From an uncultured Chloroflexia bacterium (GTDB taxonomy: Bacteria > Chloroflexota > Limnocylindria > Limnocylindrales > CSP1-4): 64,000 nt of DNA. The first letter of the stretch is position 1. Every line of letters starts with the position of its first letter. The notes below the pieces were generated by a model. That model saw nothing but the letters and a program-made list of their open reading frames with translations. It ran no database searches and was not told where the DNA came from. The DNA lies in the NCBI GenBank assembly GCA_963813335.1, contig CAWEYL010000003.1, forward strand, positions 384,001-448,000, given 5' to 3'. Both the position numbers and the translations under genes were made by a program. Shown here in pieces: positions 40,741 to 51,104 of this stretch.

Positions 40741-40911
40741 ACGGGCGCTCCGAAGCGATGGGTGGGGTCGGTCGATCGGTCCTCAGGCTGGTGGATGAAC
40801 GTGCGGCGCTCAATCACAGGATGGTCCGGTCCGCGCCGTAGGCCCATCGGGGCCGGCGAGTCCGGTGGTGAGTGGAGCGGTGGGGTTGGGGTGCGGTGGG
40901 GGTCCGCCCGG

Positions 40912-41512
40912 TCATTGTCCCTTGTCGCGCAAGCGCACCACCAGGTCCGCCAGCGCCGGGGCCGTCCGGTCCCGCTCGGAGACGATCGGCCGCCCGTCGC
41001 GCGTCCCGTCGACCGCCGGCCACCGGACCGCGGCCGTCGGGTCGTCCCACGCGAATCCCAGCTCGTCGCTCCCGTCGTACGGGTTGGTGACGAGGTACAG
41101 CATGCCCAGCGGTTCCAGGGCCAGGAACCCGTGCGCGACGCCGGCCGGGATGACGACCCAGCCGTCCTCGCCGATCTCGCGGGTCTCGACGACTGGCCGG
41201 CCGCCGGAGCCGTCGAGGACGGGCCGCAGGTCGACGAGCGCGACGAACGCCCGGCCCGAGGCGACGATCCAGTAGTCCAGCTGGCGGCGGTGGTAGTGCA
41301 GGCCGCGCAGGACGCCCAGGCGCGGACGTGGACAGGTTCGCCTGGACGAACGTCGGCGCGACGCCCGGGTCCGCGCCCGCGTCGCGCGGGTCGATCGCCG
41401 GGAACCGGTCGGCGCGCCACAGCTCCCGGAACGCGCCGCGGGCGTCCGCCATCCGCGCGACCGCCCCGTAGCGGACGCCGGGCAGCGACGACGCGGGGCG
41501 CTCGAGGCTCAT
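40912..41512 (-). CDS. rfbC: dTDP-4-dehydrorhamnose 3,5-epimerase; frameshift near 41318
   Basis: DARGAFRE, QANLS, (G)VLRGLHYH, GVAHGF, WDDP. Confidence 0.88.
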
Positions 41513-42435
41513 CGGGCGCGCCCGGGGGCGGCCGCCTGCCGCCGTGCGCGCTCGAGCGCGGGCGCGTAGTCGGCCATCGCGTCGGGCCACGGCCGGAGGG
41601 GCTCCCCGGACGGGAGCGGGGTCGCGGCGAGGACGCCCCAGCGCGGCGGGACCGAGGCACGCTCCCAGGTCGCGCCGGGGACGTGCTCGACCCGGACCGC
41701 CAGGCCGAACCGCCCGACGATGTCTTCGGCCCATAGCGCCCGGGTCGCGGTCAGGCCGTTCACGACGTGGTGGACGCCCGCGTGCGCGTCCTCGGCCAGC
41801 AGTTCCACGATGGCGTCGGCGACGTCGAGCGTGTACGTCGGGGTGCCCCATTCGTCGGCCACGACACGGAGCGGCTCCCCGGCCGCCGCCGCCCGGTCCG
41901 CCGCGGCGAGGATCTTGCGCGGGAAGTCGGGCTCGCCGGGGCCGAACAGCCAGGCCGTCCGCACGATGCCCAGCCGGCCCCCGCCCGCCGCGTCGGCATA
42001 GGCCGCGCCGGCCGCCCGCTCGCCGGCCAGCTTCGAGACGCCGTACGGGTTGCCGGGCGACGGCTCGTCCGCCGGTCCGTAGCCGAGGCCGTCGGTCCGC
42101 GCCCCGTCGAAGACCTCGTTGGTCGAGACCACCACGAGGTCGATCCCGCGCGCGGCGCACGCCCGGGCGAGCACGCCGGTCGCGGTCCCGTTGCGGGCGA
42201 GCGCGCGGTCCGGGTCGCGGGCGCAGCCGTCCACGTCGGTCCAGGCGGCGGCGTGGACGACGACCTCGGGCCGGTCGCGGTCGAGGGCCGCGGCCACGCC
42301 CTCGGGGGCGTCGAGGTCCAGCTCGCGGCGTCCCCATGCGAGCGGTCCGCCGGGGCCTGGGAACGGGGCGTCGGCGAGCGCGCCGACGAGCGCCGACCCG
42401 AGCCGCCCGGTCGCGCCGGTGACGGCGATCCGCAT
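41509..42435 (-). CDS. rfbD: dTDP-4-dehydrorhamnose reductase
   Basis: TGATGRLG, AAWTDVD, STNEVFDG, YGVSKLAGE. Confidence 0.92.
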   Translation of the reverse strand: MRIAVTGATGRLGSALVGALADAPFPGPGGPLAWGRRELDLDAPEGVAAALDRDRPEVVVHAAAWTDVDGCARDPDRALARNGTATGVLARACAARGIDLVVVSTNEVFDGARTDGLGYGPADEPSPGNPYGVSKLAGERAAGAAYADAAGGGRLGIVRTAWLFGPGEPDFPRKILAAADRAAAAGEPLRVVADEWGTPTYTLDVADAIVELLAEDAHAGVHHVVNGLTATRALWAEDIVGRFGLAVRVEHVPGATWERASVPPRWGVLAATPLPSGEPLRPWPDAMADYAPALERARRQAAAPGRAR

Positions 42436-43479
42436 CAGCCGGCCGAGCGGAGGCGCGCCCCGTACTGGCGCTCGTAGTACGCGTCCCAGTCGTCCGAGCG
42501 GGCCGCCCGCCACCACGCCTCGTTGGCGACGTACCAGTCGACCGTGGCCGCGAGGCCGGCCTGCGAACGGGACCCGCGGCGACCAGCCGAGCGCCGCGAT
42601 CCTCGTCCCGTCCATCGCGTAGCGCCGGTCGTGACCGGGTCGGTCCTCGACGTGGCGCACCAGCGACCACGGCTTGCCGAGGTGCTCCAGCAGCAGCCGG
42701 ACGATCTCGCGGTTCTCCATCTCTGACCCGCCCGGGACGTTGTAGGTCTCGCCGCTCGCCCCGTGGCGCAGCACGGTGTCGATCGCCGCGGCGTGGTCGG
42801 ACACGTGCAGCCAGTCGCGCCGCTGCCGGCCATCGCCGTACAGCGGCAGCGGCCGGTCGTCGATGGCGTTCGTCACGAACAGCGGGATGAGCTTCTCGGG
42901 GTGGTGGTACGGGCCGTAGGTGTTCGCCCCGCGGGTCACGACCGCGTCGACCCCGTGGGTCACGACGTAGCTGCGCACCAGCAGCTCCCCGGCGGCCTTC
43001 GCGGCGGCGTATGGCGAGCGCGGCGCGAGCGCATCGGTCTCGACCGACGCGCCGGTCGCCACCGAGCCGTAGACCTCGTCGGTGGAGACCTGGACGAAGC
43101 GCGGCTTGCTCGCGGCCGTGCGGCACGCCTCCAGGAGCACGTGGACGCCGATGACCCCGGTCCGCAGGAACGCCTCGGGGTCCAGGATCGAGCGGTCGAC
43201 GTGCGACTCCGCGGCGACGTTCACGACGGCATCCGCCTCGGCGACCAGCGGCCCGACGACCGTCGCGTCGGCGATGTCGCCGCGGACGAACCGCAGCCGC
43301 GCGGCCAGCTCCGGGTCGTCGCGGACCGGGGCGAGGTTGGCCTCGTTGCCGGCGTACGTCAGCTTGTCGAGGACCGTGATCTCGGTCCCGTCCCGGCGGC
43401 CCAGGACGTCGCGGACGTAGCACGAGCCGATGAACCCGGCGCCGCCGGTGACCAGCAGGCGACGGTAGCGGTCCGTCAC
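42435..43479 (-). CDS. rfbB: dTDP-glucose 4,6-dehydratase; frameshift near 42563
   Basis: TGGAGFIGS, DKLTYAGN, AAESHVDRS, STDEVYG, DRPGHDRRY. Confidence 0.93.
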
Positions 43480-44237
43480 GACGACGGCCGCTCCACCGGC
43501 GCCGCCAGCCGGCCGGCCGCGTCGTCGTCGCGCGCCAGCTCGGAGGCGCGCAGCAGCGACGGGACGGTCCCGGCGTCGGTCCAATGACCCTCGTAGACCG
43601 GGGCGTAGAGCCGGCCGTCGGGGATGTAGTGGTTGAGGACGTCGGTGATCTCGAGCTCGCCGCGGCCGGACGGCGACAGCCCGTCGATGACGTCGAACGC
43701 GTCCGGGCGGAGGAAGTAGACGCCGATCGGGATGAGGTCGCTCTTGGGCGCCTCGGGCTTCTCCTCGAAGCCGACCACCCGGCCGTCGGCGTCCAGCTCG
43801 GCGACGCCGAACCGCGCGGGGTCGGGGACCTGGTAGAGGAGCGTGCCGGCGCCGTACGGGCCGGATTCGAAGGCCGCCGCCACGGGTGCGAGGGCCGGAC
43901 CGCGCAGGATGTTGTCGCCGAGGATGCAGCAGAAGGCGTCGTCGCCCACGAAGTCGCGGGCGAGCCCGATGGCATGGGCGATGCCCAGCGCGCCCAGCTG
44001 GTAGCGGTAGGTCAGGTCGAGCCCGAAGTGGGCGCCGTCGGCGAGGAGCTCCACGACGTCGCCGACGCTCTTGCCGCCGACGATGACCATGACCTCGCGG
44101 ATGCCCATCCCGGCGAGCGTCTCGATGGGGTAGTAGATCATCGGCCGGTCGTAGATCGGCAGGAGGTGCTTGTTGGTGACGATCGTCAGCGGATAGAGCC
44201 GCGTCGCCGTCCCGCCGGCGAGGACGATGCCCTTCAT
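43476..44237 (-). CDS. rfbA: Glucose-1-phosphate thymidylyltransferase (short form)
   Basis: GIVLAGG, NKHLLPIYDRPMI, RGELEITD, WTDAGT. Confidence 0.92.
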   Translation of the reverse strand: MKGIVLAGGTATRLYPLTIVTNKHLLPIYDRPMIYYPIETLAGMGIREVMVIVGGKSVGDVVELLADGAHFGLDLTYRYQLGALGIAHAIGLARDFVGDDAFCCILGDNILRGPALAPVAAAFESGPYGAGTLLYQVPDPARFGVAELDADGRVVGFEEKPEAPKSDLIPIGVYFLRPDAFDVIDGLSPSGRGELEITDVLNHYIPDGRLYAPVYEGHWTDAGTVPSLLRASELARDDDAAGRLAAPVERPSS

Positions 44238-44275
44238 CGGTCGGCCTTCATCCCGCCCAGCCTACCAGCCAGGGA

Positions 44276-45238
44276 TCAGGGTTTCGGGGTCGATCGGGCG
44301 TGCGCTGACGGGGTGGGCGTGAAGCACGGCTGCTCGCCCGGCGGCAGGACGGTACCGCTGCAGTCGACCGGCTGCTGGCCGATCGGCGGCAGGCCGCCGT
44401 CGTAGTCGAGCACCACGAGCACGTACTCGAGCTTGTCGAGGTCGGCGGTCGGCCGCAGGAAGGCGGTCTGCACGACGTCGTTGGCGTCGAGCCGTACGTC
44501 GACCACCTGGCCGATCAGCAGGCCCTTGGGATACGGCGAGCGGATGCCGCCGGCGAGCTCGATGCCGGCCGTCACGACCTCGTCGCCGAGCGAGATCTTC
44601 TCGCCCGAGTCGATCTGGCTCATGACCATGACGCCGCCGAGCTGGCCGACGACCTCGCCGGTGGCCGCGCTCGAGACGAGCTGGCCGATGACCGTGGAGT
44701 CGGCGTCGGTGAGGAGCGTGACCGTGGCGCTGTCGGGCCCGACATCGGTCACCCGACCGGCGAGCGCGCCGCCCGAGGTCACCACCGCGTCGCCGAGCGC
44801 GATGCCCGCGTTGGTCCCCTTGTCGATCGTCACGACCCGCCGCAATTCGAGCGAATCGCGGCCGATGACGGCCGCCGCGGTGGTCTTGTGGTCGAAGCCG
44901 GCCTGCAGCTGGAGGAGGCCGGTCAGCAAGTCGTTCTCGCGGCGGATCTCGTCGACCTGGGTGTTCTCGGCCGTGAGCCGCTCGTTCTGGTCGCGCAGCT
45001 GGGCGTTGTCGGTGCGCAGCCGGTCGATCTCGGTGACCGCGGTCGCGACCGACGCGATCCCGCCGGCGACGCTGTCGAGCGCGCCCTGGATCGGGCGGAA
45101 GGCGTAGCCGATGCCGCTCTGGAGGTCGCGCACGCCGGGGTTCGAGGAGAAGGCCATCATCAGGACCGTCACGACCAGCAGGACCGTGAAGACGATGCCG
45201 CGCCGGCGCGCTGCCCGATTGGCGAAGGCCGAGCTCAT
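44276..45238 (-). CDS. mreC: Rod shape-determining protein MreC
   Basis: N-terminal TM, coiled coil, IDKG...G, YPKGLLIG; follows mreB. Confidence 0.92.
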   Translation of the reverse strand: MSSAFANRAARRRGIVFTVLLVVTVLMMAFSSNPGVRDLQSGIGYAFRPIQGALDSVAGGIASVATAVTEIDRLRTDNAQLRDQNERLTAENTQVDEIRRENDLLTGLLQLQAGFDHKTTAAAVIGRDSLELRRVVTIDKGTNAGIALGDAVVTSGGALAGRVTDVGPDSATVTLLTDADSTVIGQLVSSAATGEVVGQLGGVMVMSQIDSGEKISLGDEVVTAGIELAGGIRSPYPKGLLIGQVVDVRLDANDVVQTAFLRPTADLDKLEYVLVVLDYDGGLPPIGQQPVDCSGTVLPPGEQPCFTPTPSAHARSTPKP

Positions 45239-45263
45239 CGCTGGATCCCCTGCATGGCGTCGC

Positions 45264-46316
45264 TCAGCGCGGCGGCCGCGAGTAGGTCTCGGCGACCAGC
45301 ACGCGGTCCATCCCGTCGAGCTCCTCGAGCACGATCCCGGTCCCGCGGGCCACGCAGGTCAGCGGGTCGTCGGCGACGTGGACCGGCATCTGGGTCGCCT
45401 CCGCCACGCGCCGGTCGAGGCCGGCCAGGAGCGCGCCGCCGCCGGCCAGCACGATGCCCTGGTCCATGATGTCGGCGACGAGCTCCGGCGGGGTCTCCTC
45501 GATGGTGTCCTTGACGGTGTCGACGATCTGCGCGACCGACGGCTCGATGGCCTCGCGGATCTGGTCCGCGCCGACCTCGACGCTGCGCGGCAGCCCGGTC
45601 AGCAGGTCGCGGCCGCGGAGGGTGACCCGCTGGGCGTCCCATTCGCCCGGGTAGGCCGAGGCGATCGCGATCTTGATGTCCTCGGCCGTGCGCTCGCCCA
45701 GGAACAGGTTGTACTCGCGGCGGGCGAACGTGACGATGTCCTGGTCCATCTCGTCGCCGCCGATGCGGATCGAGCGCGAGACGACGATCCCGCCGAGGCT
45801 GAGGACGGCGACCTCGGTGGTGCCGCCGCCGATGTCGACGATGAGGCTGCCCGACGGCTCGCTGACCGGGAGGCCGGCGCCGATGGCGGCGGCCATCGGC
45901 TCCTCGATCAGGCGGGCCCAGCGGGCGCCGGCGTTGAGGGCGGCATCGCGGACGGCGCGCTTCTCGACCTCGGTCACGCCCGACGGGATGCCGAGCAGCA
46001 TCCGCGGCCGCGGGATGAGCCCGACGCGGTCGTGGACCCGGTTCACGAAGTACTTGATCATCTGCTCGGTGACGTCGAAGTCGCTGATGACGCCGTCGCG
46101 CAGGGGCCGGATGGCGATGATGTTCGCCGGCGTCCGGCCGACCATCCGCTTCGCCTCGGCGCCGATGGCGAGCACCCGCCGGGTCTTGGCGTCGATGGCG
46201 ACGACGGACGGCTCGCTCATGACGATGCCGCGGTTGCGGACATGGACCAGGGTGTTGGCGGTCCCGAGGTCGATGCCGATGTCGCGGGAGAAGAGGCCGA
46301 GGATCCGGTCGAGCAT
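45264..46316 (-). CDS. mreB: Rod shape-determining protein MreB
   Basis: GIDLGTANT, EPMAAAIG, DIGGGTTE, GGGALL. Confidence 0.97.
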   Translation of the reverse strand: MLDRILGLFSRDIGIDLGTANTLVHVRNRGIVMSEPSVVAIDAKTRRVLAIGAEAKRMVGRTPANIIAIRPLRDGVISDFDVTEQMIKYFVNRVHDRVGLIPRPRMLLGIPSGVTEVEKRAVRDAALNAGARWARLIEEPMAAAIGAGLPVSEPSGSLIVDIGGGTTEVAVLSLGGIVVSRSIRIGGDEMDQDIVTFARREYNLFLGERTAEDIKIAIASAYPGEWDAQRVTLRGRDLLTGLPRSVEVGADQIREAIEPSVAQIVDTVKDTIEETPPELVADIMDQGIVLAGGGALLAGLDRRVAEATQMPVHVADDPLTCVARGTGIVLEELDGMDRVLVAETYSRPPR

Positions 46317-46478
46317 GGTCGGGGAAGCGTCCTTGGAACAACGATCGTCAGGTCGCCGCGTGGGCACCGCGGATGCGTGCCGGGTCGCGCGGGATCACGC
46401 ACGGATGGGGAGAGCCCGGGCAGTATACCCGGTCACTCCGGGAATCCCCGACGAGCCCCTCGTGGACCCGTCCCGCGC

Positions 46479-47039
46479 CTAGGCGAGGAACGGGATCTTG
46501 ATGTCCTTCGGGATGAGCGGACCGAGGATCGTCAACATGATCGGGACGGTCGTCGCCCGGAGCGCGTCGGCGATCCACGAGTTCGCGAGGCCGTCGTGAT
46601 AGAACTTGAGGAAGAAGATGCCCTCGGCGGTCTTGCCGAGGAGGTTCGGCTGGCCGTAGAAGGTGTCCAGGATCGCGATCGCCGACGAGGCGATGAGGAT
46701 CGCGACCAGGCCGCCGAGGATCGCGCCGATCACCGAGTCCGCCATCTGCGAGACGCCGACGAGCACGGTCTTGCCGTACAGCCGCCCGACGACGATGTTG
46801 CCGATGATGAAGACCGCGGTGAACGCGATCGCGTAGCCGACCATCTCGGCGTAGCCCTTGGGGAGTGTCGTCCAGATGCGCTCGACGATCGCCCCGACGG
46901 GCCCGCGCAGGTACGCGCCGGCGACGAATGCCACCAGCAGCATGATCAGTCCGATGACCTGGCGGACCAGCCCGCTCCGCCAGCCGACGAACACGCCGCC
47001 GACGATGAAGGTGCCGAGGATGAGGTCCATCGTGTCCAC
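46479..47039 (-). CDS. CvpA (colicin V production) family membrane protein
   Basis: GWRSGLVRQ, ADSVIGAILG; several TMs. Confidence 0.8.
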   Translation of the reverse strand: MDTMDLILGTFIVGGVFVGWRSGLVRQVIGLIMLLVAFVAGAYLRGPVGAIVERIWTTLPKGYAEMVGYAIAFTAVFIIGNIVVGRLYGKTVLVGVSQMADSVIGAILGGLVAILIASSAIAILDTFYGQPNLLGKTAEGIFFLKFYHDGLANSWIADALRATTVPIMLTILGPLIPKDIKIPFLA

Positions 47040-47104
47040 GGTGCCGCGTCCCTCCGGTTCGTGACGGTCAGGCCCCGAACGATACGAGGGCCGCGCCCGT
47101 CCGT

Positions 47105-47848
47105 TCAGCCGGCCGCGCGACCCGTGGTGCCCACCCGGTCGAACGCGATCCCGCGGTCGCGCATGGAGATGTACGCGTCGTGCCCGATCACGAGGTGGTC
47201 GAGGAGCTGGATGTCCAGCATCCGGCCGGCGGCGAGCGCCTCGGCGGTCAGGTGCAGGTCGTCCGGCGAGGGAGTCGGGTCGCCGGAGGGGTGGTTGTGG
47301 ACGAGGATGATCCCGGCCGCGTTGAGCCGCACCGCGTCGCGATACAGCTCGCCGACGCGGACCAGCGACGAGCTCACGTTCCCTTGGTACACCGTGGCGA
47401 CCCGCAGCACGTGGTTCTTGGTGTCGAGGATCACGACGCGCAGCTCCTCGCGCTCGAGCCGGCCCATCTGGAGGATCAGCCGGTCGGCGACGTCACGCGG
47501 CCCGCGGATCGACCAGCGGCCCGACGGCCAGTCCGCCAGCAGGCGGCGGCCGAGCTCGAATGCGGCGACCAGCTGGGCCGCCCGTGCGGTCCCGACCCCT
47601 GCCAGCCCGGCCAGCTCCAGGTCCGTGGCCCGCGCAAGTCCCGTGAGCCCGTCGTGCGCGGCGAGCGCGTCCTCGGCCAGGTCGACGGCCGATCGGCCGC
47701 GCGATCCGGAGCCCCAGATGAGGGCGATCAACTCGGCGGCCGTGAGCCCGCCCGCGCCGCGCAGCGCCAGCCGCTCCCGCGGCCGCTCGGCGATCGGGAC
47801 CTCCCGGATGGCCCGTCCGCGGGGAAGCGCCACCTGATCCTCGGCCAC
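47105..47848 (-). CDS. radC: RadC/JAB domain protein
   Basis: RPRERL, HhH segment, VHNHPSGDPTPSPDD, LLDHLVIG. Confidence 0.93.
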   Translation of the reverse strand: MAEDQVALPRGRAIREVPIAERPRERLALRGAGGLTAAELIALIWGSGSRGRSAVDLAEDALAAHDGLTGLARATDLELAGLAGVGTARAAQLVAAFELGRRLLADWPSGRWSIRGPRDVADRLILQMGRLEREELRVVILDTKNHVLRVATVYQGNVSSSLVRVGELYRDAVRLNAAGIILVHNHPSGDPTPSPDDLHLTAEALAAGRMLDIQLLDHLVIGHDAYISMRDRGIAFDRVGTTGRAAG

Positions 47849-47954
47849 CCGTGAGCACCTCCGCAGCGACGACAGGGCGGTCGAGGCGTCCCCGGGCCCG
47901 GACGACGGGAGCCCGCCGATTCCCCCCGCCATCCGGACCTCGAGGACAGGGTCC

Positions 47955-48011
47955 AGCCTATCGGCGGGCACTCACCGGGCTCTCACCGGCGCCTTTGCCG
48001 GCGCTCACCGG
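47955..48011 (-). promoter_or_regulatory. Putative radC promoter: -10 TAGGCT preceded by CCGGTGAG direct repeats in 11-bp phase
   Basis: ctcaccgg at 47971, 47982, 48004 (degenerate copy near 47994); agccta at 47955-47960. Confidence 0.5.
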
Positions 48012-48042
48012 CGACCGGGGTGCCGGCGTGCCGCGGCGCGGC

Positions 48043-49134
48043 TCAGGCGACGGAGCGCGTCGCGACCTCGGCGAGGATCAGCAGGATGGCGTTGAACCCG
48101 GCGTGCAGCCCGAACGACGACCAGATCGAGCCGCGGCGCACGAACAACCAGCCGAGGGCGAGCGCGACCGGCAGCCGGGTGGCGAACCCGATCACGGCCA
48201 GTCCCGCCGTCTCGCCGAGGGTGTTCCCGGCGACCCCGATGACGTGGGCCAGCGCGAAGACCAGCGCCGCCCGGACGATCCCGCGGCGGACGCCGAGGGA
48301 GCGGACCCACGCCGTCGTCGCCAGCCCGCGGAACAGCATCTCCTCCCCGAACGGCGCGATGATCGCCCCGGCCAGGAGCTGGAGGGCGAACCCGGTGTTC
48401 TCGCCGGCCGGCGGCAACGGGCTATCCGGTGTCACGCCCAGCAGGGTGATGAGGATCGCCGAGATCGGCACCGTCACCACGATCACCGGCAGGGCCCACA
48501 ACGCTCCCCCGCCCATCTCCGTGAAGGCGCGGGCGTCCAGGCGGCGAAGCCCCATCTCGGCCCACGTGAGCGCGCCGGCGTCGACCACGAGCAGGCGGAT
48601 CAGCCCGAGGTAGACGAGCGCGAGGACGAGCACGGAGAGGAACTGCCCGGTCGGGCCCTGGACGTCGATGCCGACCAGGGTCGCCAGCTCGCCGATCAGC
48701 GCTCCGGCGAGGAACGAGATCGGGATCGCCGCGGCGAAGACGAGGATCGGCGACGGGCCCAGGTACGGCATGCGGCCGGCGGCCCGGCGCTCGATGCCCT
48801 GCGAGCCCGCGGCGCAGATCAGCCCGATGGCGAGGATCGTGAACCCGGCGAACAGCATCACGAGCGTCGCCGCCCCGCCGCCCGAGAGGATGCCGATGAC
48901 GATCAGGGCAAGGCCGGAGAGGCTCCCGAGCCAGCCGACGACGAACAGGGCGGGCGCGGCGCGCCCCTCGATCGTGAACGTCGAGGCACCGGGCCGGGAC
49001 GGGCCGTCGGGCGAGGCGGGCGGGGCGCCAGGCGGGGCGGCGTCCGGAGCAGACGGGACGAGCGGCTCCGCGAGGACCAGGTCGTCCGGGTCCGGGCGTA
49101 TCGGACGTTCCGGATCCGGGCCTGGTGGGATCAA
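48043..49134 (-). CDS. CPBP (Abi/Rce1) intramembrane glutamic protease
   Basis: EEMLFRG, FALAH, HAGFN. Confidence 0.9.
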   Translation of the reverse strand: MIPPGPDPERPIRPDPDDLVLAEPLVPSAPDAAPPGAPPASPDGPSRPGASTFTIEGRAAPALFVVGWLGSLSGLALIVIGILSGGGAATLVMLFAGFTILAIGLICAAGSQGIERRAAGRMPYLGPSPILVFAAAIPISFLAGALIGELATLVGIDVQGPTGQFLSVLVLALVYLGLIRLLVVDAGALTWAEMGLRRLDARAFTEMGGGALWALPVIVVTVPISAILITLLGVTPDSPLPPAGENTGFALQLLAGAIIAPFGEEMLFRGLATTAWVRSLGVRRGIVRAALVFALAHVIGVAGNTLGETAGLAVIGFATRLPVALALGWLFVRRGSIWSSFGLHAGFNAILLILAEVATRSVA

Positions 49135-49790
49135 CGCTCGGGGATCGGATCCTGGGCGGGAGCCGTCCGCGCGCCGGCGCTCTTGCCGGTCAGCGATGGA
49201 CGGGTCGACGGGCGGACCTGCGCGGCGGCGGATGTCGTGCTGGCCGGGACGCGGGCCGTCGCGTCACGCCGGCTGGTGGTGGGCTCCAGGACGGCCGCGG
49301 CGGCTACCTCGCGGCGCTCGAAGTCCTTCCCGCACCAGGCGCACAGCGACCAGTCCATCCCCACGAGGCGGCTGCAGTTGGGGCAGACCCGGTTGAGCCG
49401 CGTCCGGCAGCTCGGGCAGATGATCCACTCGTCGTTGATCGTCCGGTCGCAGCCGGGACAGTGGTGGATCGACTCGACCTCGGCGAGGAGCGCCTCCTCG
49501 GCCAGGTTCCGCTCCCAGACCTCGCCGATCTTCTCGTGCGGCCGGATGATCTTGTAGACCCAGACCGCGAAGATGAAGAAGATCGGGGTGAAGACGATGA
49601 TCCCGGCAGCCGCGAGGTACGGCAGGATGACGTTGGCCGAGCGCTGCTGCATGTCGCGGAACGCCCAGTAGGCCGTCGCCAGCCAGATGATGACGAGGTA
49701 CACGCCGATGAGGCGGAGGCCGACCTGGACGACGGGGCTGCCGAAGATGCCGCCGATCGTCGAGCCGATCTGGGCGAGGATGTCTTCCAT
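49131..49790 (-). CDS. Membrane protein with double zinc ribbon
   Basis: Two TMs, then CPGC, CPSC, CPNC, CAWC. Confidence 0.88.
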   Translation of the reverse strand: MEDILAQIGSTIGGIFGSPVVQVGLRLIGVYLVIIWLATAYWAFRDMQQRSANVILPYLAAAGIIVFTPIFFIFAVWVYKIIRPHEKIGEVWERNLAEEALLAEVESIHHCPGCDRTINDEWIICPSCRTRLNRVCPNCSRLVGMDWSLCAWCGKDFERREVAAAAVLEPTTSRRDATARVPASTTSAAAQVRPSTRPSLTGKSAGARTAPAQDPIPER

Positions 49791-49913
49791 GCCTCTGGAC
49801 GAGTGCCTCCGTGCGCGCCTGACGCTCGAACCTGACGGTGGGGACCGGCCGTCGAGGACGTCCGGCGCAGTGTAGCAGGGGTCGCTGCGGCCCTCGGATG
49901 GGCCCGACCTCGC

Positions 49914-51067
49914 TCAGACGGGCGGTTCGGCGCGCACGTGACGGGCCCGCCACGCGGCCAGCACACCGGTGGCGATGAGGACGAAGCTGCCGACCGCCAC
50001 CGCCAGGACCCCGATCCCGGCACCCAGCGGGCCGAACAGGTACGGCCACGTCAGGCCGAGCGAGAAGACGCCGAGGGCGAACCCGGCCAGCCCCGTCCGG
50101 ACCCACGGTGGTGCCGGCTTGCGGACGACCGAGAGAGCCACGACCGCCACCGCCCAGAGGAACACGAGCAGGTGCGCCGGGCCGGCCAGTCCCCACGTGT
50201 CGAAGTAGCCGACGCCGCTGGCGCCGAGGACGGTTCGCGACCACGGGAGGAGCATGCCGATCGCGATCAGGCCGGCGCCGGCGACCGTGGCCCAGTCCAG
50301 CCCGGGGTCGAGCCAGGCGAGCTCGTCCGGCGACGTCGCGGGCGCCGGCGCGCCGGCCGGCGTGGACGTGGTCGAGGCCACCGGGGCGGCTCCCGCGGGA
50401 GCCGCCGCACCCGCGGCCGGCGCGGCCAGGGGGATGACCGCCGGGGGCGCCGAGAACTGCGGCGGGAGCGGTCGCGGCTCGGTGGTGGATGACACCTCCG
50501 ACGGTGTCGGTTCGACCTCGGGCGGGGGTGCCGCCTCGGGCGGGGGCGCCTCGACGGGCGGGGCCTCGGGCGGCGCCGCCTCGGCGATGGCCGGTGCTGA
50601 CGCGCCCGCCGTCGCGGCGAGGAGGCTCGGCGATGGGGCGAGGGGCGCGGTGCGGCGGCGGGCGCCTTGGTCGCCTGCGTGCGTCCCTTGCCGAGCGCCG
50701 TGCGCGGCGGTGGCAGCGCCCCGGCCCCGACGCGAGTCGGGGCAGCCGGTGCCGGGGGCGGCGCCGGCGGGGTCGCGCCGGGTGGCACGTAGGCGCCCGC
50801 GACCGCGGCCGAGGCCGACTTGCGGGCCGCCCGCAACCTGGCAGGCTCAGCCGGAGGCGCCTCGACGACCGGGTCGGGTCCGGGATCCGCGGCGATCTCG
50901 CCGGCGGTGGAGGGCGTCGCGACCGGAGCGGGTGCGTCGGCTGCGGTGAGGGTCGGGCGGACGCCGCCCGCGACGGAGGCGAGGAGCGTGCCGCACGCCG
51001 GGCACGAGAGGCGCCCGTAGGGCACGACCTCGCTGCAACCCGGGCAGACGATCGCACGTTCGGTCAT
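49914..51067 (-). CDS. Zinc-ribbon / Pro-rich linker / multi-TM membrane protein; frameshift(s) near 50600-50660
   Basis: N-terminal CPGC...CPAC in ORF 50267..51067; hydrophobic C-terminus (LLPW...) in ORF 49914..50495. Confidence 0.65.
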
Positions 51068-51104
51068 CGCTCACCTCGACAGCCGCCTCGCGCGCTGGGC
51101 GGAC

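Noticed and set aside
41509-43584. Apparent RfbB-RfbD fusion
   Set aside because: One inserted base near 42563; correcting it ends rfbB at 42435, overlapping the rfbD start
47105-47848. RadC/JAB protein as part of a CBASS-type defence system or mobile element
   Set aside because: Full-length chromosomal RadC near mreBC; no cyclase, E1/E2 or integrase nearby
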